In this document: piece after piece, positions 48,923 through 58,320 of the stretch
Layout of the letters: each line of letters opens with the position of its first letter
Position numbering within the stretch: the first letter of the stretch is position 1
DNA from: Minisyncoccota bacterium
GTDB taxonomy: Bacteria > Patescibacteriota > Minisyncoccia > Phycocordibacterales > UBA1550
Assembly: GCA_041660105.1 (NCBI GenBank)
Contig: JBAZWZ010000001.1
Coordinates: 64,523 to 128,522 of the forward strand
Direction: 5' to 3'
Length of the DNA stretch: 64,000 nucleotides
Translations under genes and position numbers: made by a program
Notes under the pieces: generated by a model
Seen by the model: only the letters and a program-made list of their open reading frames with translations
Database searches by the model: none
What the model was told of the DNA's origin: nothing

Positions 48923-49660
48923 TTACTTAGCTTCTACTGCTGCCACTACTTCTGCAGTTTCTGCTCCACCCTTAAGTCCTTTCAAACGGAGCTGCTGAAG
49001 TGCCTTCACGGTTGCGCGCGCATTGTTGAGCTTGTTCTTTGAACCAGACTGAATCTTCGCGCGAACGTTCTTGATACCAGCGAGCTCGAGTACGTTACGT
49101 ACTGAGCTACCTGCTACCATACCACGACCCTTTGCGGGCATAATCATAACCGTTGCTGAAGACTCCTTGGCCATAACTTCGTGAGGAATCATCATATCCT
49201 TGGTGAGGACAACTTTGATCATATTCTTCTTTGCGTTCTTTGTCGCCTTCTCAATAGCTGCTGCAGTATCTGCGGCCTTGCCGATACCTACTCCTACAGA
49301 ACCCTTACGGTTTCCTGCAACGAGTGCGACAGAAAATGCGAAACGACGTCCACCGGCAACCACACGGGTTACACGACGAATCTGAATGAGCTTGTTATCA
49401 AACTCTGGCTTGATGCGCTCGAAGCTACCTCCGCGTCCTCCGCGTGATGCGCCTCCTTTGCCGGCTCCTCCACGGCTTGCGCCTGCACCTGTCCTTGGAG
49501 CACCGCGACCAGCTGAGCCAGCAGGACCGCGACCTGTGCTTCCTCCACGCATCCCTGACGAACTGCCACCAAATGATGGACGTGATGAAGGAGTACGAGG
49601 AGCTGTTGTCGCAGCAGGTGCCTTTACTTCGGTATTCTGTGTTGTCGTTGTTTCTGTCAT
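48923..49660 (-). CDS. rpsE: 30S ribosomal protein S5 with about 80-aa Gly/Arg-rich N-terminal extension
   Basis: IQIRRVTRVVAGGRRFAFSVALVAGNRKGSVGVG. Confidence 0.85.
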   Translation of the reverse strand: MTETTTTQNTEVKAPAATTAPRTPSSRPSFGGSSSGMRGGSTGRGPAGSAGRGAPRTGAGASRGGAGKGGASRGGRGGSFERIKPEFDNKLIQIRRVTRVVAGGRRFAFSVALVAGNRKGSVGVGIGKAADTAAAIEKATKNAKKNMIKVVLTKDMMIPHEVMAKESSATVMIMPAKGRGMVAGSSVRNVLELAGIKNVRAKIQSGSKNKLNNARATVKALQQLRLKGLKGGAETAEVVAAVEAK

Positions 49661-49675
49661 ATGATTATTAAAATA

Positions 49676-50026
49676 TTAGAACGCTAGGCCACCTTCGCGT
49701 GCACCCTCTGCGAATGCGCGAACACGGCCTGTGTAAATGAATCCACCGCGATCAAACACAACTGATGCAAGACCCTTTGCCTTTGCAGCCTTTGCGAGAG
49801 TCTCCCCTGCAACCTTTGCGCGCTCGGTCTTCGTCTTACCTTTCAATCCCATATCTGATACTGCTGCGAGCGTAGCACCCTTGGTGTCATCAATGATCTG
49901 AGCATAAATATAGCTGTTTGACTTGAAAATAGCGAGACGTGGGCGCTCTGAAGTTCCCGAAACCTTTGCTCGGATACGATTGTGGCGGCGTGTACGCTGT
50001 TCGCTTTTTGTTAGTTTAGTAGTCAT
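49676..50026 (-). CDS. rplR: 50S ribosomal protein L18
   Basis: [13 protein letters not shown]…RLAIFKSN. Confidence 0.9.
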   Translation of the reverse strand: MTTKLTKSEQRTRRHNRIRAKVSGTSERPRLAIFKSNSYIYAQIIDDTKGATLAAVSDMGLKGKTKTERAKVAGETLAKAAKAKGLASVVFDRGGFIYTGRVRAFAEGAREGGLAF

Positions 50027-50130
50027 AGTGTTAGTTTATAAGGTTTTTAAAGTTTGTAAAGTTTGTAAAGTATTTAAAGTATTCGTATCCACTTTCGACT
50101 TTATGAACTTTATGAACTTTCTACTTGCCG

Positions 50131-50664
50131 TTAGGCCGACTTCTTACCCTGCTTGCGACGAATAACTTCAGTCGAGTAGCGAATACCCTTACCCTTGTAA
50201 GGCTCTGGCTTCTTCTTTGCACGAATCTGTGCAGCGAACTGCCCCACAGACTCCTTGTTGATTGATGAAAGTGTTAAGGTGTTCTTCTCAACCAATACTT
50301 TCACATCAGCAGGAACATTCATAGGAACCTTGTGTGAGAAACCGAGGCTGAATACGAGGACCGCTCCCTGTGGCTCAACCTTGTAACCAACTCCTTCGAT
50401 GATGAGCTTCTTTACGAATGCGGTGTTTACCCCGGCAACCATGTTCACGAGGTGTGATGCATAAGTACCCCAGAGTGCGCGAGCCTCCTTTGAATTATTC
50501 TTGGGAGTGAATGCGATGGTGCTTCCTTCTACTTTGATATCTACAGGGCCAGAGAAATCACGAGTGAGCTCGCCCAAAGGACCCTTCACGGTAAATACCG
50601 TGTCGTTTGAGGTGACGGTTGTGCCCGTCGGAATCGTTACGCCTTTTTTTCCAATTCTTGACAT
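50131..50664 (-). CDS. rplF: 50S ribosomal protein L6
   Basis: MSRIGKKGVTIPTG. Confidence 0.9.
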   Translation of the reverse strand: MSRIGKKGVTIPTGTTVTSNDTVFTVKGPLGELTRDFSGPVDIKVEGSTIAFTPKNNSKEARALWGTYASHLVNMVAGVNTAFVKKLIIEGVGYKVEPQGAVLVFSLGFSHKVPMNVPADVKVLVEKNTLTLSSINKESVGQFAAQIRAKKKPEPYKGKGIRYSTEVIRRKQGKKSA

Positions 50665-50679
50665 AGAAGTATTTATTAA

Positions 50680-51069
50680 TTACCAGATCTTAAAGAGTGC
50701 CTCGCCGCCGACCTGCGACTTCCTAGCTTCGTTTCCTGACATAACTCCCTTTGGTGTTGACATAACCATCAAGCCAAAACCGTTCTTCACGGGCTTGATC
50801 TCGTCAACGCTCAAGTAGAAACGGCGTGAAGGCTTTGACATACGTGCAACATCTGCTACACGAGGAGTCTTGCCTTCGTAGGCGATTCCAACTTCGAGGG
50901 TCTTTTGAACCTTCTTACCTTTTTTTGCATACGAAGTAATATATCCTTCTGCAAAAAGAACTTTAGCGATAGCTTCTTTCAAGTTTGAGAAAGGCATCTC
51001 GACAATATCCTTGCCGGCGATACCTCCGTTCTTGATGCGAATAAGCATGTCTGCGATTGGGTCGTGCAT
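50680..51069 (-). CDS. rpsH: 30S ribosomal protein S8
   Basis: MHDPIADMLIRIKNG. Confidence 0.9.
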   Translation of the reverse strand: MHDPIADMLIRIKNGGIAGKDIVEMPFSNLKEAIAKVLFAEGYITSYAKKGKKVQKTLEVGIAYEGKTPRVADVARMSKPSRRFYLSVDEIKPVKNGFGLMVMSTPKGVMSGNEARKSQVGGEALFKIW

Positions 51070-51081
51070 AATAGTGTTGAA

Positions 51082-51267
51082 TTACCAAGAAGACTTCTTA
51101 ACTCCAGGAATCTTGCCGTCGTTTGCAAGCTCACGGAAGCAAATACGACAGAGATCGAAGTCGCGCATGTAGCCACGACGACGGCTACAATTAAAACAAC
51201 GACGTACGATACGTGAACTAAATTTTGGCACCTTGTTGGCGCGCGCGGTTACTGATGTTTTAGCCAT
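51082..51267 (-). CDS. rpsN: 30S ribosomal protein S14 type Z
   Basis: 61 aa with CxxC…CxxC. Confidence 0.9.
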   Translation of the reverse strand: MAKTSVTARANKVPKFSSRIVRRCFNCSRRRGYMRDFDLCRICFRELANDGKIPGVKKSSW

Positions 51268-51479
51268 AGTTAAATTAAAAATACCGAGGTTTCTGCCAAT
51301 ATCTCATGCAATTTCTTCTAAAGACCTTAGATCTGCAAAAGGAGATGCATGGATTGCTCAAAAACCCAGTAGACGCATACTATCATATGGGGGAATAATG
51401 TCAACATGGGGTATCCCGAGTTCAAGAAATAACAAAGTACCCACTGAATCATAAAGACTTCAGTGGGTACAGACACATA

Positions 51480-51752
51480 TTATGATATGTTTTTCCCAGA
51501 TATTTCATCCCTGCAAAAGAAAGAAAAATAAAGGGCGATTGGCCATAAAAAAACATACAACCATGCATAGCCAAATAGGTCCGTAGGAGAATCTTCTCCC
51601 CCGAGGGTATAGTTGAAACCACGTCCAGTATATTCCAGATACGTAGCATCGAAACCGTTCTTGCGAAGCTTGAGGCTAATTTTGATGACTTCGATGATAA
51701 AGAACAGCAACCCAATACCAATGTAGATAAATAGAACAAATTCGATTTTCAT
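51480..51752 (-). CDS. Hypothetical small membrane protein inserted between rplE and rpsN
   Basis: 90 aa with two TM segments. Confidence 0.4.
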   Translation of the reverse strand: MKIEFVLFIYIGIGLLFFIIEVIKISLKLRKNGFDATYLEYTGRGFNYTLGGEDSPTDLFGYAWLYVFLWPIALYFSFFCRDEISGKNIS

Positions 51753-51975
51753 GAGCTTTCTCCCTGTTGATTATGAATCCTGATTACATTATACACAACT
51801 ATGCGTATTTGTCAACCCCCAAGTCTCCAACGCAGTAATGCAACCAAAAAGTCGTGAGCGAATCAGCTCACGACTTTTGTTCTGTATTTGTAATGAAGAA
51901 AAAGCGCAGGATTACCTGCGCCTTTTGTCTGCGTTAGACAAAATTGTGTTGCTCGCCTTCCCGAGACGGAAAAGT

Positions 51976-52296
51976 CTATCCCATCTTTTCGGCCAACACG
52001 GTATTGAATACTTTAAGATTATCCTCTAACTCAAAAGGATAATCCTTGAGATAGACTGCTTCGAGTTGTGCATAGAACTTCATCTTCACGCTTTGGTACC
52101 CTATCTCGGAGATAATTCGCGTGACTGGCTTCCCGTTAGAACAATGGAGACTGAAGAGAGTGTCCTTAATTTTCCCAAACACCTCACAATGATTCAGGAC
52201 TTCAATGCTAACTGGTGTTTTCTCGTACGTAACATGAATTCCTTCTTTCGTTGGTATTGTTGTAATGGTAATTACGGTCATGATGACCCCTTTCAA
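51976..52296 (-). CDS. Hypothetical protein
   Basis: 106 aa. Confidence 0.35.
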   Translation of the reverse strand: MKGVIMTVITITTIPTKEGIHVTYEKTPVSIEVLNHCEVFGKIKDTLFSLHCSNGKPVTRIISEIGYQSVKMKFYAQLEAVYLKDYPFELEDNLKVFNTVLAEKMG

Positions 52297-52374
52297 TATC
52301 AGTAATTGTCGGGACTGCTTCCTGTCACAACACTACTATGGATTTATTAAAATGGCAAGACTTATTCGGATAAG

Positions 52375-52404
52375 AAAAAAGGCGACCTACGGGTCGCCTT
52401 TTGA
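52375..52404. terminator. Intrinsic terminator (bidirectional)
   Basis: ggcgacc tac gggtcgcc flanked by A- and T-runs. Confidence 0.6.
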
Positions 52405-52422
52405 TTCAAAGAAAAACAAGAT

Positions 52423-52593
52423 TTACATCCCCTGTGCAATCAGGATGTCGACGGGATCCATACTTGCCTGATCCGATTGAACCAACGCTTGCGCAACTTC
52501 ATCCCTCGTTAAACTTTGTGCTTTTTCAGCAGTGCTTCCATCGGTTGCTGATGAATTCACCAGATGAAACCCGTTATCATGTAAGCCTATCAT
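52423..52593 (-). CDS. Hypothetical 56-aa protein
   Basis: SD is AAGGAGcaaaggtATG. A terminator follows. It is not in the ORF track. Confidence 0.4.
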   Translation of the reverse strand: MIGLHDNGFHLVNSSATDGSTAEKAQSLTRDEVAQALVQSDQASMDPVDILIAQGM

Positions 52594-52685
52594 ACCTTTG
52601 CTCCTTAATATACATTTACGATGTACTGCACCTTTTAGTCTTGGAGTTGTCCGCGACTAACTAGACAAAACTCTACTACTTTTGA

Positions 52686-52729
52686 AGAAAAAAGCAAGAC
52701 CCGTTTGCGCTTTGCGCAAACGGGTCTTG
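52686..52729 (-). terminator. Intrinsic terminator after rplE (minus)
   Basis: caagacccgtttgcgc ttt gcgcaaacgggtcttg with a T-run on the minus strand. Confidence 0.7.
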
Positions 52730-52861
52730 ACTATGTTTTATAAAAAGTATTATTTCAGATGCAGTACGAGGCGCGAGGAATGTTTTCCGCTGGAGCCATA
52801 CTAATGTATGGTGACAAGGAAACATTCCGAGCAACGACGTAATGCGCTGAAATTATGCTTT

Positions 52862-53404
52862 TTACTTAAAGGGGACGCCGAGAATGTCGAAAAATGCTGT
52901 CGCCTCCTTCTTGTTCTTTGCGGTCGTTACGATTGTAACTGCCAAACCGAAGAGGTCCTTTACATCTTCATCTGATACTTCAGGGAAGATTGTTTGCTCC
53001 TTCACACCGAGGGTAAGGTTACCCATCTCGTCGATACTCTTGCGGTCATAACCACGGAAGTCACGAGTACGAGGAATAGCAACATTGAAGAACTTGTCGA
53101 GGAAACCAGCCATACGTGCGCCACGGAGAGTTACGGCAACACCAATCTTGTCACCTTCACGGAGCTTGAATGCCGCGATTGACTTCTTTGCGGCACGGAG
53201 AGCAGGCTTCTGTCCGGTAATCTTCGTAAGACGACCCATCACCATGTCGTTGCGGTTCTTGTCCTTTGAGCGTCCGGTAGTTGCAGAAACAACAACCTTC
53301 ACGAGGCGAGGAGCTGCAAGCTTGGCCTTGTAACCAAACTCTGACTTCATCGCATCGAATGCGCCTGCTTGTCTCTCCTTAACTGATTTAAATGCTGATT
53401 TCAT
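52862..53404 (-). CDS. rplE: 50S ribosomal protein L5
   Basis: Conserved L5 sequence. Confidence 0.9.
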   Translation of the reverse strand: MKSAFKSVKERQAGAFDAMKSEFGYKAKLAAPRLVKVVVSATTGRSKDKNRNDMVMGRLTKITGQKPALRAAKKSIAAFKLREGDKIGVAVTLRGARMAGFLDKFFNVAIPRTRDFRGYDRKSIDEMGNLTLGVKEQTIFPEVSDEDVKDLFGLAVTIVTTAKNKKEATAFFDILGVPFK

Positions 53405-53423
53405 AATAATTTATATTAAAATA

Positions 53424-53732
53424 CTACTTGAGCTCTGAACCGCTCTTCTTGGCGATGCGAACATTCTTTCCGTCAATCAACTTCTTACCAACGCGTGTGC
53501 GAACACCCTTCTTTGGGTCGAGAATCATAACGTTTGATGCATTGATAGGCATTGCCTTCTCAACAATCTGGCCACTTGCGCCACGTGTACGTGCCTTCTC
53601 GTGAAGCTTTGAGATATTTGCCCCCTCTACAACCACGCGATTTACAGAAGGAAGAACCTCAAGGATTGTTCCTTTCTTCCCCTTATCCTTTCCTGTGATT
53701 ACAATCACGTTGTCTCCTTTTTTGAGTTTCAT
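53424..53732 (-). CDS. rplX: 50S ribosomal protein L24
   Basis: MKLKKGDNVIVITGKDKGKKG. Confidence 0.9.
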   Translation of the reverse strand: MKLKKGDNVIVITGKDKGKKGTILEVLPSVNRVVVEGANISKLHEKARTRGASGQIVEKAMPINASNVMILDPKKGVRTRVGKKLIDGKNVRIAKKSGSELK

Positions 53733-53758
53733 AATGGTGTAGAGTTAATAAAATTTAA

Positions 53759-54130
53759 TTAAAGCACTTCTGGTGCGAGCGAACCAATCTTGTTGTAACC
53801 AAGCTCAGTAATCTCACGAGTGATGGGCCCGAAGATACGTGTTCCTTTTGCCTCCTTCTTTACCTTGTCGACACAAATAACTGCATTGTCATCGAAACGA
53901 ATATATGAACCATCCTTGCGACGATATGCATTACGGGTACGTACCACAAGACCAGTGAGAATATCCTTCTTCTTGACCTGCTTGCGGGGCTCTGCAACCT
54001 GTACTGAAAATACTACCAAGTCACCGATCATAGCGTAACGCTTCTTCGAGCTCCCGAGCACCTTGAACACGCGGCCGATCTTTCCTCCGGTGTTGTCAGT
54101 TATTTTTACGATTGTTTGTGGTTGAATCAT
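53759..54130 (-). CDS. rplN: 50S ribosomal protein L14
   Basis: MIQPQTIVKITDNTG. Confidence 0.9.
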   Translation of the reverse strand: MIQPQTIVKITDNTGGKIGRVFKVLGSSKKRYAMIGDLVVFSVQVAEPRKQVKKKDILTGLVVRTRNAYRRKDGSYIRFDDNAVICVDKVKKEAKGTRIFGPITREITELGYNKIGSLAPEVL

Positions 54131-54161
54131 GGTAGTGTTGGTTAATAATTATGCAATCTTG

Positions 54162-54440
54162 TTATGCGGACTTCTTGCCGATAACTTTGAAAGACTTGTC
54201 CTTCGAGATTGGGCGACACTCTTCGATGGTAACCTTGTCCCCCATCTTGTATGCACCTTCCTCATCGTGAGCTTTGTACTTCTTTGAAATATTCATAAAC
54301 TTCCCATACTTTGGGTGCTTTACGAAACGATTTACGAGGACGGTTACGGTCTTCATCATCTTGTCAGAAACGACAGTCCCCTGGAGTTGCTTTCGTGTCG
54401 TGTTGCCACCTTTGCTAATTGTTTTTTTGGTTGTTTCCAT
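54162..54440 (-). CDS. rpsQ: 30S ribosomal protein S17
   Basis: L(Q/T)G.VVS.KM.KT..V. Confidence 0.9.
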   Translation of the reverse strand: METTKKTISKGGNTTRKQLQGTVVSDKMMKTVTVLVNRFVKHPKYGKFMNISKKYKAHDEEGAYKMGDKVTIEECRPISKDKSFKVIGKKSA

Positions 54441-54447
54441 AATAATG

Positions 54448-54645
54448 TTATGCGGTTACTGACTTAGCGCGCACATTTTGCTCAGTGAGAATACGTGCGA
54501 TATCACGACGTACAAGCCCAGATGCCTTCACGTTTTTCTTTGCAGAACCTGCGAGGTCAAATCGTGATGCGCGAACAACCTCCCTCTTTTCATTCAAGAG
54601 TTTTACGAGATCTTCTGTTGTAGCTTTTTTAATTTCTTTCATCAT
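54448..54645 (-). CDS. rpmC: 50S ribosomal protein L29
   Basis: 65 aa between S17 and L16. Confidence 0.85.
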   Translation of the reverse strand: MMKEIKKATTEDLVKLLNEKREVVRASRFDLAGSAKKNVKASGLVRRDIARILTEQNVRAKSVTA

Positions 54646-54707
54646 AGTGTTTATTGATTATGCCTAAACAAATTCTTCGAATTTGTCGGCCGACCGCCTG
54701 GGGCGGT

Positions 54708-55139
54708 TTAGGCAGTCTGTACGCGACGTACGATGCGTGTCTTTACGGGAAGCTTTGCGCCTGCCTTCTTGAGGGCCTTGATAGCAGTAGCCTCATCAAC
54801 ACCATCGACTTCAAAGAGCATACGTCCTGGACGAACTTCAAATACATATCCCTGGGGATCTCCTTTTCCTTTACCCATACCCATCTGTGCTGCCTTCTGT
54901 GTGTAAGGTCGGTCAGGGAAAATACGAATCCACATCTTGCCAACTTTGGTAATGGTGCGGACGATTGCCTTACGAGATGCCTCGATCTGGTTTGACTTGA
55001 TACGAGCAGGAGTCTCCGCCTTGAGTCCAAACGAACCAAACGCGAGGGTGATACCACGTGTCTCAGGAGCAGCGAGCTTGGCTTCACTCTTGCGAGCGTT
55101 CTGCCACTTTCGGTATTTTACTTTCTTTGGGAATAACAT
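54708..55139 (-). CDS. rplP: 50S ribosomal protein L16
   Basis: MLFPKKVKYRKWQ. Confidence 0.9.
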   Translation of the reverse strand: MLFPKKVKYRKWQNARKSEAKLAAPETRGITLAFGSFGLKAETPARIKSNQIEASRKAIVRTITKVGKMWIRIFPDRPYTQKAAQMGMGKGKGDPQGYVFEVRPGRMLFEVDGVDEATAIKALKKAGAKLPVKTRIVRRVQTA

Positions 55140-55154
55140 AGTAGTGTATTAAAA

Positions 55155-55844
55155 TTATGCTTCGTTGTTTACCACGAGCTTCTTCTTGCTGTCCGCAAAA
55201 ATCTGTCCCTTGTAAATCCAAACCTTAACGCCAATAGCTCCATAAGGAAGACGCGCAGTGTTCTTTGCGTAATCGATATCAGCGCGGAATGTCTGAAGAG
55301 GAATACCTCCGCGACGAATCTGCTCATAGCGTGCCATCTCAGCACCACCGAGGCGGCCAGAGATTGCAACACGTGCACCCTTCACATCGCGGTTTGCCAT
55401 CACCTTTTCAATAGTCTGCTTGAGAACCATACGGAAAGGAAGACGCTTCTCGAGACCTTCACATACCATCTCTGCTACGACAGCTGCGCTTGACTCAGGT
55501 GAACGAAGCTCCTCAATATCGAGCTTGAAGTCCTTGGGGATATCAAGCTTGAGACGTGATGCTTCTTTCAAAATATCATTCTTGAGCTTTACTGAGCCTT
55601 CTCCTGCGCGACCAATAACCATACCAGGGCGAGCAGTCTTGATGAGAATACGAAATGTCTTTGCGTTGCGCTCGATTTCTACGCCTGCGATATAGCTGCC
55701 ACGAAGACGCTTGTCGAGGAACTTACGGATGAGGATGTCAGCCTTGAGAGACTTGGTGTAGTCCTCATTTGTGCCAAACCAACGCGACTTCCAGTCACGG
55801 ATGATTCCCAAACGATGAGCATATGGATGTACGATGTGTGTCAT
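55155..55844 (-). CDS. rpsC: 30S ribosomal protein S3
   Basis: Contains a KH domain and the S3 C-terminal domain. Confidence 0.9.
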   Translation of the reverse strand: MTHIVHPYAHRLGIIRDWKSRWFGTNEDYTKSLKADILIRKFLDKRLRGSYIAGVEIERNAKTFRILIKTARPGMVIGRAGEGSVKLKNDILKEASRLKLDIPKDFKLDIEELRSPESSAAVVAEMVCEGLEKRLPFRMVLKQTIEKVMANRDVKGARVAISGRLGGAEMARYEQIRRGGIPLQTFRADIDYAKNTARLPYGAIGVKVWIYKGQIFADSKKKLVVNNEA

Positions 55845-55845
55845 A

Positions 55846-56325
55846 TTATTTTGTGGTCTTTTTTACTACGGCTTTCTTTGCAACCTTTGGCTTTGCAGCG
55901 GCTTTTACCTTTGCAAGAGCAACCTTCTTTGAAACCTTCGGAGCCTCCTCTTCTGCCTTCTCAACTTTCTTTGATGCCAATTTTCTAGGAGTAACGTCAG
56001 CGCTCGCAATAAGCTCAATCATAATGTGACTGGTGTGCTTGTGAATAGGGTGCGCCGTGCCGTGTGACTTTGGCATTGAGCGCTTGAGGATAGTCCCCTG
56101 GTCAACACGAACTTCTTTTACAAAAAGGTCGATCATATCGATACCATCATTCTCCTTTGCATTTGCAACAGCAGACATCAAAAGCTTCTTCATTGGGCCT
56201 GATGCGCGCTTTGGCAAAACATCGAGCTCAACAAGAGCGCGAGGAACTGTTTTCCCTTTGATGAGGTTTGCCACAAGACGTACCTTTCGTGGTGCTTGGC
56301 GATAGCTTCTGAGGATTGCTTTCAT
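55846..56325 (-). CDS. rplV: 50S ribosomal protein L22 with Lys/Ala-rich C-terminal extension
   Basis: Conserved L22 sequence. Confidence 0.9.
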   Translation of the reverse strand: MKAILRSYRQAPRKVRLVANLIKGKTVPRALVELDVLPKRASGPMKKLLMSAVANAKENDGIDMIDLFVKEVRVDQGTILKRSMPKSHGTAHPIHKHTSHIMIELIASADVTPRKLASKKVEKAEEEAPKVSKKVALAKVKAAAKPKVAKKAVVKKTTK

Positions 56326-56336
56326 GGTTAATTAAA

Positions 56337-56684
56337 TTATTTCTTCTTAGCTGCAGGGGTTTCTGCTTTAGCAGCCTTGGCAGCAGTGATTTCTGATTCT
56401 TTCTTCTTCTGCTCAAGCTCCTTCTGCATCTTACCTCCGTGTCGTACGAATTTCTTCGTAGGAGAAAACTCTCCGAGTCTGTGCCCTACCATATCTTCGG
56501 TCACGCGGACCTCGATATGAGTCTTACCGTTGTACACGCCAAAAAGGAATCCTACCATCTCTGGTGAAATCTGGCTTGAGCGAGCCCAAGTCTTAATCAT
56601 TTCTGCGGTTGAAGCGCTTTTACCAACAAGCTTCTTGAGAAGTGTCTCGTCAATAAATGGTCCTTTTTTGAGTGATCGTGTCAT
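56337..56684 (-). CDS. rpsS: 30S ribosomal protein S19 with Lys/Ala-rich C-terminal extension
   Basis: MTRSLKKGPFIDETL. Confidence 0.9.
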   Translation of the reverse strand: MTRSLKKGPFIDETLLKKLVGKSASTAEMIKTWARSSQISPEMVGFLFGVYNGKTHIEVRVTEDMVGHRLGEFSPTKKFVRHGGKMQKELEQKKKESEITAAKAAKAETPAAKKK

Positions 56685-56803
56685 TTGATAATTTAGGGTT
56701 TCTATAAAAATTTGCCTACGGTTTTACCTAGCTTTTAGGCAAACTTTAAACAAAACAAGCTCGGAATGAGCTCGTGATGTATCTTATCAGATTGGAGAAT
56801 ATT

Positions 56804-56849
56804 GTCAAATCGAGTCGCGGACCCCCGCGCCTCGATTTGACAATATTCC
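56804..56849. repeat. 46-bp palindrome (19-bp arms) downstream of the secreted-protein gene
   Basis: ggagaatattgtcaaatcgag…ctcgatttgacaatattcc. Confidence 0.6.
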
Positions 56850-56885
56850 TTAATGCACACTTTTGGCGTCCATGCTCTCCTTCAC

Positions 56886-56914
56886 CAAAAACCCGCCTTT
56901 GGCGGGTTTTGTTC
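56886..56914. terminator. Intrinsic terminator (bidirectional) after the 56950..57960 gene
   Basis: aaacccgcc ttt ggcgggttt. Confidence 0.6.
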
Positions 56915-56949
56915 AATATTCCATATTCTACATTCGATATTCCGCCCAA

Positions 56950-57960
56950 TTAGAACTGATAGAACTTGGTCTTTGTTGTAGTTGGCGGTGTTAAGAGCGG
57001 GCAAACAAGCGTTGCTACTCCGGGACAAGCGACTACCGTTGTTCCTCCTGTGGGAACACCATCAACCATACATGCGCCCACTACAACTCCATCAAGGTTT
57101 GGATAACTATTCCCAGCGATATATGTAACCTGATCGCAAACAGCTGTTGCATTACAACTTCCCCAAATCATATTTGGATCTTGAAGATTGTATCCCATTG
57201 TAGCCACACAAGAAGGAGAAGATATCTGTCCTTCGTCAGCAATGGGAACACCGTTTACCTTTGGAGCAAAGTCAATCCAACCTACAACACTCACGCCCCC
57301 TGGGATACTGTCCCCACCAGCATCAACATCTGCTCCTCCCCATGCATAGCCAGAGAATTTATTACCTGAAATCTGGACTCCATAAGCAGGACCCGTGTCC
57401 CCAGCCGCCTTCGCAAGCTTAATCCAGCCGTCCCATCCACCCGCCTTGTCTCCTGCTAAAGTGCTGGTGCATTTCGTTCCATCCCAATTTGTATCCTTGC
57501 ATGCCTCAAGTGCTCGTGCCCACCCGCTGACAGCACCTGTTGCCCAATCGATTTGGGCCTGGCATGTACCAGAAGGACACGCACCATTGTCAATTGAGTC
57601 AAAGCTTATCCAGCCGATGCTTGGACTCCACGCCTCCCCAGAAAAATTACCCGTTCCGCCTGCCCCCTTAGTGGTAGTATCCACACTCAGCCCATAATCC
57701 CTCGTGACCATTGAACCATTGCCTCCGCAAGCGCCGCTGTCAATAAGACCATCATTATCTTTATCACAACCAGTACTGTTCAAACTAATCCATCCGATGG
57801 TATCGCTCCACGCCCAACCAGAAATATTATTCCCCGTACCTGCTTCTACTTTTTGGGTCTTCATAACCGATAAGTTAAGAAGGTACATTGTCCCTAAAAC
57901 AATGACGAGAATGGCTACCAGAAACGTATTACGAATTTTATGGATTGAAGATGTGCTCAT
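56950..57960 (-). CDS. Signal-anchored secreted repeat protein (SG(W/E)AWS…IGWIS(L/F) repeats, Cys-rich C-terminus), inserted between rplB and rpsS
   Basis: It has an N-terminal TM. There are at least four repeats: SGWAWSDTIGWISLNS, SGEAWSPSIGWISFDS, SGWARALE and SGYAWGG…GWIDF. Confidence 0.6.
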   Translation of the reverse strand: MSTSSIHKIRNTFLVAILVIVLGTMYLLNLSVMKTQKVEAGTGNNISGWAWSDTIGWISLNSTGCDKDNDGLIDSGACGGNGSMVTRDYGLSVDTTTKGAGGTGNFSGEAWSPSIGWISFDSIDNGACPSGTCQAQIDWATGAVSGWARALEACKDTNWDGTKCTSTLAGDKAGGWDGWIKLAKAAGDTGPAYGVQISGNKFSGYAWGGADVDAGGDSIPGGVSVVGWIDFAPKVNGVPIADEGQISSPSCVATMGYNLQDPNMIWGSCNATAVCDQVTYIAGNSYPNLDGVVVGACMVDGVPTGGTTVVACPGVATLVCPLLTPPTTTKTKFYQF

Positions 57961-58000
57961 AAGAATATTTATTAAAGATTACTTAATAAGTATACCCCCA

Positions 58001-58230
58001 CACCTACTTTTTGCCTAGTGAGTTTTGCACAGGAATTATTTATATATCCAAAGCACAAAAGTACATAGATAGCCTAGGTGTAAAAGTAGGTGTGGGGGTG
58101 TACCCCCTTTCTTATTTTTCTGCCTACTCCTACTTTTTGCCTAGTGAGTTTTGCACAGGAATTATTTATATATCCAAAGCACAAAAGTACATAGATAGCC
58201 TAGGTGTAAAAGTAGGTGTGGGGGTGTATC
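58001..58230. repeat. Tandem direct repeat, 2 × about 100 bp (near-identical), upstream of the secreted-protein gene
   Basis: ctactttttgcctagtgagttttgcacaggaattatttatatatccaaagcacaaaagtacatagatagcctaggtgtaaaagtaggtgtgggggtgta occurs twice. Each unit is bounded by a cacctacttttt…aaaagtaggtg inverted repeat. Confidence 0.8.
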
Positions 58231-58267
58231 ACTTAAAAACAAATCAAGCGAAAATGATTGTGGATAA

Positions 58268-58306
58268 CAAAACCCCCGCCAATCGGCTGATTGGCGGGGG
58301 TTTTGT
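58268..58306 (-). terminator. Intrinsic terminator after rplB (minus)
   Basis: aaaacccccgccaatc ggctg gattggcgggggtttt. Confidence 0.7.
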
Positions 58307-58320
58307 TGAAACACGAGTTT

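Noticed and set aside
49181-49671. Plus and minus ORFs inside rpsE (Pro/Ala/Arg-rich).
   Set aside because: They are alternative frames of the GC-rich Gly/Arg-extension coding region.
56746-56949. 67-aa minus-strand ORF.
   Set aside because: It overlaps the palindrome and terminator downstream of the secreted-protein gene and has no SD.
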